DNA of 64,000 bases, taken from contig OX597820.1 in NCBI GenBank assembly GCA_951406725.2, positions 40,424,001-40,488,000 on the forward strand, in the 5' to 3' direction. Origin of the DNA: Octopus vulgaris (lineage: Eukaryota). Positions 1-11,300 of this stretch are shown here, in pieces. The first letter of the stretch is position 1; the number at the start of each line of letters is the position of its first letter. Under the pieces are notes generated by a model. The model did not search any database. It saw nothing but the letters and a program-made list of their open reading frames with translations, and was not told the DNA's origin. Position numbers and translations under genes: made by a program.

Positions 1-419
1 GCAATGCTAGACAGGAGGATTGAATGCTTACCTAAGAAAAAAAAAACCTGAAAAACAAAAAATTAAACAGAGAATATTGGAATATAGGACTATTGGAATA
101 AATCTTGAGATATATAAACAGACATTTATTTGACTGTTGAGAATATTGGAACAACTCCATGAATTTCCTTACACCTACCTCTTTGCAGGTTATGTCAATA
201 AATCTAGTTAAATGGAATACAACATGCATGTAGGATATAATTACATTGCTGTACATTATAACTACATATCTGTGGTATTTCACTACACAGTTACACATTA
301 TATAGTTACTATTTCACTGAATATTGTACATTATGCTGTAAAAGTTCGCTACAACTGTATCATTTAAGTACTGCTCATCTAGAGCAAATAATTGTAACAC
401 TAAAATTACGTATACCTTT

Positions 420-620
420 TATATTTTCTTTTATCGGTTTCAGCCATTATACTGCAGCTATGAAGGGGCACTGCCTCAAAGAATTTTTAGTCGAATGAAT
501 CGACTCCAGTACTTTTCTTTTCAGAGCCTTGTCTAATCGGACTCTTTTTTTTTTGCCGAATCGCTGATTTCGAGGGACGTAAACCAAACGAACCAACACC
601 AGTTGACAAGCGATCCATAT
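420..620. mobile_element. Degenerate SINE-like repeat (family also at ~22850-23050, 37090-37275, 45245-45475)
   Basis: Shared motifs GTTTCAG..ACTGCGGCC..TTTAGTCGAA..ATCGAC..AGTACTT..ACACCGGTTGTCAAG. Confidence 0.55.
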
Positions 621-1389
621 TGGGACAATCAATTAAAACTATTTATTAATTCTATTTATTAATTCCAAATACCTATCTACCTAGATTAAATGCTTTGTCG
701 CAAAGCCTTCGTCGTAACGCAGATCACGTCCCTCCACATACTCAAGTTTCTTTTCGAGTTAAAACTTGAGAAGTCTACGAGGGTTGAAATTGAGTGGGAA
801 GTGTCTGCATTCCGTCTTTTTTTTTTTTTTTTTGTTTCGTCCATAACATAGATTTTTTTTGTAAGACAGAGGGGGAAACTGCCAATCCTTCTCGGTTGAA
901 AGATGCTGTGGGGTGATATTCATAACACATTCATTTGAGCGGCGGTCATGCGATAACTCCGACAATATTTATTCAACATAGTTTCACAAATGCATAGAAT
1001 GATGACCAATAGAAGAGGCAGAAATTTATAACAGGTAAAGTATAGTACATTCGCCACTGTTGCCCAACATTTAGTGATAACTTTCCATCCAATATTTTTT
1101 AGCAAAACTTTCCACCCAGTTCGTAACACCGGCCAGTTCTGATCTACGTTGAGATCTGGTCTGAACTAAGCTTCAGACAACTTAATCAGTCCATCGGTCT
1201 AACTGTCCGCAACACTATCCCTACGGCATGAATTTGCTGTACAGTGTTCGGATATCAAGCCTGCCCACTTGTCTCAGTTGATCTAGTTTCTTCTATACCC
1301 ATTGTATTATTTCAGAATGGTTCTGATCTCTTGGATGATGTGGTATCTGCAAACCAGACCCATCAAACGGCTTTCGTTTCCTTGAGGTT

Positions 1390-2085
1390 TGTTAGTGGTT
1401 TGTAGGTTTTACGCGAAACGTTCTGCATTCTAGTGCTAGCGAGCGACTGGAACATCATCTTAATAGGTGGATATCATCTGGCGCTTAGAGTACAAGTTTA
1501 GTAAAAATTTACCGTTAGAGGAATCTAGAATAGGAGGAGCCCTACTTAGGAAACTAAATGTGGTACTTAGCAGAGGCACAGCGACCGATATGCTGGCGGC
1601 GAGATTGAAACTTGATCAATTTTTCAATGACAAACGCGAGGGGTTAGAAGCCATTCGATGATTTCGCGTAGCAGAAGCGCAAAGTAGCGACGAAACCATA
1701 ATTCGGTCTTTCACGGTCTGTACTAGCTCTTGTTACTCAAATCCAAGCAGATGTATGGGGAATTTCAGTGTCACTCTAAAATCATGCAGTGGGGTTGCAG
1801 CTCGACATCTGCCTCGACGGTATGCTGTGCCTTTCGGCTTCAGATACGGGGTTCTGCGAAATGTATATAAAAGCGGAGGATATGCGATACGCGATGACTA
1901 GCTGCAGAAAGGAGAAGTCGCCGAGACTGGACGGTCTACTCGTGGAGTTTTATTTCCATATACCAGGCTTGTTCAGCAATCTATAGGTGGATGTTTACCG
2001 CAACTAGAAAGAGAACACAAGAGTTCCCTTTGGGTGTGTGGGAGAAGTGGAGTGACTTTGAGTCGAGTGATAGAACAACGTAAGT
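1390..2085 (+). mobile_element. Degenerate Tx1/L1-like LINE ORF2 fragment
   Basis: Peptide AMTSCRKEKSPRLDGLLVEFY resembles the KSPGxDGLPxEFY motif upstream of non-LTR RT domains; interrupted by stops. Confidence 0.6.
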
Positions 2086-2577
2086 ATGTGTATGTGAGCA
2101 TATGTCTGTGCGCCCGTAATGTTGGGGAGGTATGTATGTATAATGACGTGAAACAGTCGTCTATGATCTATCAGCGTGCCAGAGAGCAAAATAGCGGCAT
2201 GCTGAGATGAATTAACATTGACATTTTGTCTAAACACCCGAGAGACTCGTCGCTTCGACATATATGCGATACTGTTCTCATAAATGAGATATTACCAAGC
2301 CGAACAAGATCTACAATGCCGCTGTTACTGTCTTCATAATATGCGCGTTCAGTGGGTGGGTGCGCACGTATGTGATGGAATAGGCACGTATATAAAGGGT
2401 GGTGCTAGAACGACGGCAGGGTGCATGGAAAACCATACAAATAAATACATGTAAATATTTACAATTCCAAAAAGACATCTATACATATGCATGCATGCAC
2501 ACACTTGCTCGCATGTAGGTATAGGAAGGTCATATAAGGTGGGAATAGAAAGAGAGCAAGATACGAGGAAATCCATG

Positions 2578-2628
<51 letters not shown>

Positions 2629-3942
2629 TTATATATATATATACAGCTGTATGGATCTATTTCTAAACAAACATACACAACATTACACATTCACATGCAC
2701 GCGTGGACGGGAGGGCGCGGACGGTACGCACTCATACGCACAGCTATACTCACAAACACAGAGAAATGCAGAAACACGAAATGATACACATTCCCACACG
2801 CGCGCACACACATACACACCATGCATACACACGTACACCATACACATCACACGGACGCACGGACGGGCACAGACTGCACGAACGCACACACTCACACTAT
2901 ACATACGCACACGCACAAAAATGCACATACACACGCCATATATGCACACGTACACACACTGAGATGCAAAGGCGTGTGAGTACACATACACACATACACA
3001 CGTACACTCAAATAGAGTATTGCTCAGGAATGCGCACGCATACACAAGAACGCACATAAACAAGCATAAAGACAAACGCTTACCTATTCAAAAATCTATT
3101 AATCTGCACGCTCTCAGAGATACACACGCGCACACGCACACACGCACACACACACATACACAAACACACACACACACACTCACACACAAACGTATGCAAA
3201 CAGCCACACTCACAAAACCGACTCCCCACTCAAACATGCACACTTGACCACATACTCACACATACCCCAATCTCCGCCCGCACACATCACGCATGCTCTC
3301 CCTGCGCCTCCCACTTTCCACTTTAGGAACCACATCTATAAAATCTTTTAACGTATGTCAAGGATATCCCAGCAGATCTGAGACGGAACTGACCTTGAAG
3401 AAAATTGCGAACCTTTAGAGAGATTATAGATAGTTAATGCAAATACGCACACCCCTCCGCAAAAAGAGTTGTACACGCAGATCCACACATAATTGCATGC
3501 TTTGTCGTTTACTCTCACCATAACCTTTACATCTGAGCAAACACAAATCTACACACACACACACATATAGACACACATACACACAGGCACAAATCGAATT
3601 CTGGGACAGTCTCGAACTCAGAGCAGACCTTGAAAAGTTTGCGAATAGTGACGAAAGAACTTTGATTAACAAACAACCGACTGATTTTTTAACAGGCGCA
3701 TTAAACAAACGATTGATTAGTTAGTTCTTTAGCTAGTTATTTAAATAATTGAAAACGACGAAGTGATATAGAACCAGTGCGTGTTTTACTATTTATTGTT
3801 TATGTACTTTATTGATTTGTAGAATAATATTTTTTATAGTATATTTAATTTTTTTCTATATGGTGTGAATAACGTTTTCACTATTGAATTGCTTAATACA
3901 GGTTTTTCTCTAAATTAAATATATATATATATATATATATTA

Positions 3943-4525
3943 GATCACTAGAAATAAAGTCTGGTCATAGAGTGACCAATGGCTTCGCATAAACGAAAGC
4001 TGCAAACTTGGACAGCACATCATACTCTATACGAAGACAAATTCAACTCTGCACCTCACAGAGGAGGAGAAACGCTGTGGTCAACTGGTCAAACGTCTAT
4101 CAGAGAAAAAAGCCATTAGTGAGTTCGGATTATTTCCCCTGCATTATCAATTAATTGGAAATGGAGTTCAATTTCGTAAGGTCCCTTAGGAGCCTCATCA
4201 GCGAACGGAGAATCTCAATTTTGCAGGCGATAGCACTTGAAATGAACACATTTTGTACCTATTTCTTTACGAGTGTTCAGTGAGGCAGGCCTAGCATAGT
4301 TTTTAAGAATTTTGGCTCGATCAGCAATGCTGATATTGTAGTGGTTGCTCCCATTAGTATAGGCGCCTTGTTGTTTCTAAGATCTTCCAGCTAATATTAT
4401 ATGGGTGTCCCTTGATATTGAATGGGGCTACACATGGCTGGCCATTGGTCACTCTATGGCCAGACTTTAACTTTTGTGATTTAATATTTTACTGCTCTAT
4501 TCTTTACAGAGTGCTTCTTATTTAG
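3943..4525 (-). mobile_element. 5'-truncated Penelope-like element with inverted terminal piece
   Basis: Minus strand ~4430-4217 reads (with a frameshift) YNISWKILET..AYTNGSNHYNISI..SLNTRKEIGTKCVH, a PLE GIY-YIG C-terminus. 3943-3982 and 4441-4480 are inverted repeats. (TA)n flanks. Confidence 0.75.
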
Positions 4526-4560
4526 ATATATAAATATAAATATATATATACATAAATATG

Positions 4561-4653
<93 letters not shown>

Positions 4654-4785
4654 TACATATATATATATATATAATATTTTTAGTATACTTTTTGATATGA
4701 CGTCAGAGATAGACTCATACAGCACACAAACGCGCAAGTGCGTGCAAGTGTACACAAACACTCTCACCTCTCTGTATATATATAT

Positions 4786-4848
<63 letters not shown>

Positions 4849-5271
4849 CGTTTACATCTATATGCAAATATATACCCATTTATGTGTGTATATATGTGTC
4901 TAACACACACAAACATACATGGGCATGTGCGTTTATATATATAGCCGTAAAAATAGCAAAATGCGAATTCTATAACTTCACGAATGATAAAAATATAAGT
5001 AAATTCTCACAGCATTATGCACAGACACACATATTCGTGGATGTATATGCGTGAGCATGTATGTATATGGGTTTGTGCTGTGGTATGTTCATGTGTACAT
5101 ATACTTTTGAGTATTTAAGTTGTTTTTTTTCATAGGTGAGCAGATCTAACTATAAATATGTATATTTACGCGCAATATACGTGCCAACGAATAATGCATC
5201 ACACAAAAGCAAGTAAGGAAATTTTGAAGGAAAGCCTCACAAAACTAAAATATTGTAAAATAATAACTATG

Positions 5272-5274
5272 TGA

Positions 5275-5307
<33 letters not shown>

Positions 5308-5384
5308 TTAAAGACAATAATACTAACAACTAAAGCAACAACAACTACGACAAGAACAACGACGACAGCAACAACAATAATAAC

Positions 5385-5416
<32 letters not shown>

Positions 5417-5702
5417 CGAGGGAAATATGTGCATGAAGGAGAAGAATCCAAGGAGAAGAAGTAGAAGAATAAGAAGACGAAGAGGAAGTAGTAGTAGTAG
5501 AAGAAGAAGAAGAAGAAGAAGAAGAAGAAGAAGAAGAAGAAGAAGAAGAAGAAGAAGAACAACAACAACAACAACAACAACAACAGCAGGAGAAGGAGAA
5601 GAAGAAGAAGAAGAAGAAGAAGAAGAAGAAGAAGAAGAAGAAGAAGAAGAAGAAGAAGAAGAAGAAGAAAAAGAAGAAAATAGGAATAACAATAATAATA
5701 AT
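5272..5702. repeat. Compound trinucleotide microsatellite (ATG/ACA/AAT/AGT/GAA)
   Basis: Direct inspection. Confidence 0.95.
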
Positions 5703-6294
5703 ATATTTCATATCTTTAAATAAACTTACCAAAATTTGATCGGATCAAAAATCTCTGAGATAAAAAGTAATAAAGAAAAATGAAATGCATAAAATTTGAA
5801 GCATATCATAGGAATCCGATATATGCTTTTTTTATTTATTTATTTGCTTCTTATTAGGGTTTTGTTCCTCTTATTTGCTCTACGGAGTGTACGCCTTTGT
5901 TGATATCAGTATGTATTGCTTGCTAAGCACGTGGAGGTGTGTGTATGTGTTTGTGTATGAGCGTGTTGCAAGAAAGAAAAATGTCTTCCTGGTAGATTTG
6001 CAGCATATAAGAAAAAAATATATATTTTTAAATATTTCGTTAAAGACGCATATTTGATACTATTTACGAAATTATCTTTTATTTTCTCCGGTTCAGCAAT
6101 TTTCTCTCTCGCGCGCGCACTTTCTCTCTCTCCCTCTCTCTCGCTTTCTCTCTCTCTCTCTGTCACTATGTACACACACACACACATAACATATAAGTAT
6201 ATACATACACACACACACACAAACATATATATACAAATACTTGCATATATATATATGTGTGTATGTATATATACATATATGTATGTGTTTATGC

Positions 6295-6328
<34 letters not shown>

Positions 6329-6489
6329 CTATATACATATAAATTTTTGTATAACTATTTCTAAAGATATAAGATATGTGTGTATATTTACACACACACA
6401 CACACACACATGCACACACATACATATATACACACATATATATATGTGTATGTATGTATGTATGTATAAATACACACCAATGTGTGTGT

Positions 6490-6520
<31 letters not shown>

Positions 6521-6654
6521 CATGTGCTCATAGATAAATGTATATAGACAGACAAATATTATTGAGCACTTTCCTGATAACTTACCACGTTTTGATTAGT
6601 TTTACTGTGCGATATTCTTCACCTGTATATCTTACACAATTATGCATATCTGCA

Positions 6655-6730
6655 TGCATACATGAATACATACATACACACCCATGATCATACATACATA
6701 CATACATGCATATATACATACATACATACA

Positions 6731-6764
<34 letters not shown>

Positions 6765-6857
6765 CATACATGCATACATACACACATACATACATACATA
6801 GATACATATATACATACATACATACATACATACATACATACATACATACATACATAC
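6655..6857. repeat. (ATAC)n microsatellite
   Basis: Direct inspection. Confidence 0.95.
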
Positions 6858-7099
6858 GTGCATGCGTTTATGCATAAGATGCATATATTCAAATAAGAGG
6901 ATTGATTTCTCTTTCGAAAAAGCTGAAAATTTGAAAGTGGACTTTTGACCAAGCTTTTATATTTGTTCTTATTCTTTGTGTTTCCACCTGTTCTAGTTTT
7001 TTTTTTCATAACAATACTATTGTTTTCCTTGTCGTATTATCCCTTATTGTCCTCATTATTTCATTGTTTTAAAGTTTATATATTGTCATTTAACATACC

Positions 7100-7681
7100 A
7101 GAACTAGCAGCTGAAACAAATTCTTGATGCCCCATTTTCCTTTGAGTAGAGCATGTGCCTAAATGATAATGCAGTACAGCTTATACTCTCGCTCAAGCAT
7201 CTTAGTACGATCTTCATCTGTCATACCCAAAAGGTTTCTAAAAGGCCAGTTGTGCGCAGGATTTTCTTAAATGCCTTACTTAATTCGTTCTCAGGTATAG
7301 CGTCAACAAACATTACACTGCGAAACTTCTTGTTATCATACCAAGTATTGCTTTTATTTCCTTTGTTGGTGTCCCTCTCCAGCCCATTCCAGAACTTGTT
7401 GCGGTATAGGAGGCATATACCGTTTTCGTTATCTCTTAGAATGCGTTCGAATCTTGTTTTCGGTCCCTTGTACACTCTGATCCTATCGTACTATGTGTAT
7501 CCGGAACGTTGCGTTCGGAATATGTAGTGCTGGAAGTGTTGTTGTCGTTCTTGTGGTTGGCATAGTGGGGACACATTCCCCAAGTCTGCCACGAGGATGT
7601 TGATTCTGGTAGTACTTGACATCGCTGAGTCACTACGGATTACCAGTGGATTAGCCATAGGTTTACAATAGTGTGAGTGGA

Positions 7682-7682
<1 letters not shown>
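7100..7682 (-). mobile_element. Penelope-like element RT C-terminal/linker fragment (Naiad-like)
   Basis: HYCKPMANPLVIRSDSAMSSTTRINIL...QRSGY, then LYRNKFW..ERD..NTWY..RSVMFVDAIPENELSK. This matches my recollection of the PLE YxKPM..SAM..SGY..LFVPxTP pattern; frameshifted. Confidence 0.65.
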
Positions 7683-7731
<49 letters not shown>

Positions 7732-8152
7732 CTGTGTGTGTGTGTGTATGTGTGCATACAACCTTCAACAGAGTAACAGTCATGAACAGGCACATATCAG
7801 TACATAAACATACGTTCACATGTACTCTTGTACACACACACAGACACGTCTACACACTTATTTAAAAACTTACGTACATACATATAGGCATGTACACATG
7901 CATACACATGTACACATACTCATACGCACATACATGTACACACATACATACACACATACACACATACATACGTACATATATATAATGAACTAACTGTTAC
8001 TTTCTCAGATGCAGCACGGATTTTTGTCAGTGGTCTCAAAGCGACGGAAATATTTTGGCAAATTAAATTAAAATTTTGAAGTGAATCTAATGGTTTTCGT
8101 CTGTTTTAAATGGCTTATAAACACCTTCCACGCTGCAATTGTTATATATATA

Positions 8153-8219
8153 TATAATTAATTAATAAGGGTGAGAGAATTAGATACTAATTTAATAGTA
8201 TATTTATTCCACACCAAGT
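8153..8219 (-). repeat. 67-bp inverted partial copy of the array unit at the array 5' end
   Basis: Exact reverse complement of 8573-8639; shares GT (8218-8219) with the array start. Confidence 0.93.
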
Positions 8220-8266
8220 ATTTATCGTTATGGTAAAATCTGGCGTGTGATTGAGTGGATTTCATC

Positions 8267-8360
8267 CAGATAGTCTTGGCTGAAGAGCTACAAATGGATT
8301 ACTGTAAGTAATATTACATTTAATTCATTAATAGCGAAACAATTGTCCCAAAATAATCTG
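8267..8360 (+). ncRNA. Type I hammerhead ribozyme, first of 13 copies (core starts at 8280+534k, last at 14688)
   Basis: TTGG-CTGAAGA-GCTA..(41 nt)..TAGC-GAAA-CAATTG-TC^-CCAA. CUGANGA and GAAA cores are intact. Stem II GCTA/TAGC; palindromic stem III ACAATTGT; GUC site with cleavage after 8347; stem I TTGG/CCAA extended by CAGAT/ATCTG. Confidence 0.9.
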
Positions 8361-11300
8361 TATTTTTGTTATTTTTTATTTGCCCTGTCCGTGTGAGCTA
8401 ACAGTCGTACCGGCTTTCATGGGAAACATGTATTTTTCGTGGTTGAAACCTCTTGGATTAACTGGTGCTAGAGTGATCAATATAGTGAACACTCTCTTAT
8501 ATTTATTTTGTGAAAATATTATAATATGTTATAAAATATTATAATAATCCAGGTTTCTCGTAGCACTAGGCCACTTGGTGTGGAATAAATATACTATTAA
8601 ATTAGTATCTAATTCTCTCACCCTTATTAATTAATTATAATTATGCTGCATTTATTTCTAAATGCTGTATTTGTTTTCCGTGAGAGTTTGGCGCGCTGTT
8701 GGTTGGGGCATTTGAATTATAACGTCCGATGTAATCAATTGAACCGCACGCGTATTTATCGTTATGGTAAAATCTGGCGTGTGATTGAGTGGATTTCATC
8801 CAGATAGTCTTGGCTGAAGAGCTACAAATGGATTACTGTAAGTAATATTACATTTAATTCATTAATAGCGAAACAATTGTCCCAAAATAATCTGTATTTT
8901 TGTTATTTTTTATTTGCCCTGTCCGTGTGAGCTAACAGTCGTACCGGCTTTCATGGGAAACATGTATTTTTCGTGGTTGAAACCTCTTGGATTAACTGGT
9001 GCTAGAGTGATCAATATAGTGAACACTCTCTTATATTTATTTTGTGAAAATATTATAATATGTTATAAAATATTATAATAATCCAGGTTTCTCGTAGCAC
9101 TAGGCCACTTGGTGTGGAATAAATATACTATTAAATTGGTATCTAATTCTCTCACCCTTATTAATTAATTATAATTATGCTGCATTTATTTCTAAATGCT
9201 GTATTTGTTTTCCGTGAGAGTTTGGCGCGCTGTTGGTTGGGGCATTTGAATTATAACGTCCGATGTAATCAATTGAACCGCACGCGTATTTATCGTTATG
9301 GTAAAATCTGGCGTGTGATTGAGTGGATTTCATCCAGATAGTCTTGGCTGAAGAGCTACAAATGGATTACTGTAAGTAATATTACATTTAATTCATTAAT
9401 AGCGAAACAATTGTCCCAAAATAATCTGTATTTTTGTTATTTTTTATTTGCCCTGTCCGTGTGAGCTAACAGTCGTACCGGCTTTCATGGGAAACATGTA
9501 TTTTTCGTGGTTGAAACCTCTTGGATTAACTGGTGCTAGAGTGATCAATATAGTGAACACTCTCTTATATTTATTTTGTGAAAATATTATAATATGTTAT
9601 AAAATATTATAATAATCCAGGTTTCTCGTAGCACTAGGCCACTTGGTGTGGAATAAATATACTATTAAATTAGTATCTAATTCTCTCACCCTTATTAATT
9701 AATTATAATTATGCTGCATTTATTTCTAAATGCTGTATTTGTTTTCCGTGAGAGTTTGGCGCGCTGTTGGTTGGGGCATTTGAATTATAACGTCCGATGT
9801 AATCAATTGAACCGCACGCGTATTTATCGTTATGGTAAAATCTGGCGTGTGATTGAGTGGATTTCATCCAGATAGTCTTGGCTGAAGAGCTACAAATGGA
9901 TTACTGTAAGTAATATTACATTTAATTCATTAATAGCGAAACAATTGTCCCAAAATAATCTGTATTTTTGTTATTTTTTATTTGCCCTGTCCGTGTGAGC
10001 TAACAGTCGTACCGGCTTTCATGGGAAACATGTATTTTTCGTGGTTGAAACCTCTTGGATTAACTGGTGCTAGAGTGATCAATATAGTGAACACTCTCTT
10101 ATATTTATTTTGTGAAAATATTATAATATGTTATAAAATATTATAATAATCCAGGTTTCTCGTAGCACTAGGCCACTTGGTGTGGAATAAATATACTATT
10201 AAATTAGTATCTAATTCTCTCACCCTTATTAATTAATTATAATTATGCTGCATTTATTTCTAAATGCTGTATTTGTTTTCCGTGAGAGTTTGGCGCGCTG
10301 TTGGTTGGGGCATTTGAATTATAACGTCCGATGTAATCAATTGAACCGCACGCGTATTTATCGTTATGGTAAAATCTGGCGTGTGATTGAGTGGATTTCA
10401 TCCAGATAGTCTTGGCTGAAGAGCTACAAATGGATTACTGTAAGTAATATTACATTTAATTCATTAATAGCGAAACAATTGTCCCAAAATAATCTGTATT
10501 TTTGTTATTTTTTATTTGCCCTGTCCGTGTGAGCTAACAGTCGTACCGGCTTTCATGGGAAACATGTATTTTTCGTGGTTGAAACCTCTTGGATTAACTG
10601 GTGCTAGAGTGATCAATATAGTGAACACTCTCTTATATTTATTTTGTGAAAATATTATAATATGTTATAAAATATTATAATAATCCAGGTTTCTCGTAGC
10701 ACTAGGCCACTTGGTGTGGAATAAATATACTATTAAATTAGTATCTAATTCTCTCACCCTTATTAATTAATTATAATTATGCTGCATTTATTTCTAAATG
10801 CTGTATTTGTTTTCCGTGAGAGTTTGGCGCGCTGTTGGTTGGGGCATTTGAATTATAACGTCCGATGTAATCAATTGAACCGCACGCGTATTTATCGTTA
10901 TGGTAAAATCTGGCGTGTGATTGAGTGGATTTCATCCAGATAGTCTTGGCTGAAGAGCTACAAATGGATTACTGTAAGTAATATTACATTTAATTCATTA
11001 ATAGCGAAACAATTGTCCCAAAATAATCTGTATTTTTGTTATTTTTTATTTGCCCTGTCCGTGTGAGCTAACAGTCGTACCGGCTTTCATGGGAAACATG
11101 TATTTTTCGTGGTTGAAACCTCTTGGATTAACTGGTGCTAGAGTGATCAATATAGTGAACACTCTCTTATATTTATTTTGTGAAAATATTATAATATGTT
11201 ATAAAATATTATAATAATCCAGGTTTCTCGTAGCACTAGGCCACTTGGTGTGGAATAAATATACTATTAAATTAGTATCTAATTCTCTCACCCTTATTAA

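Noticed and set aside
2349-6896. Many ORFs rich in YI/HT/CV or homopolymer runs (also throughout the window)
   Set aside because: They are translations of microsatellites.
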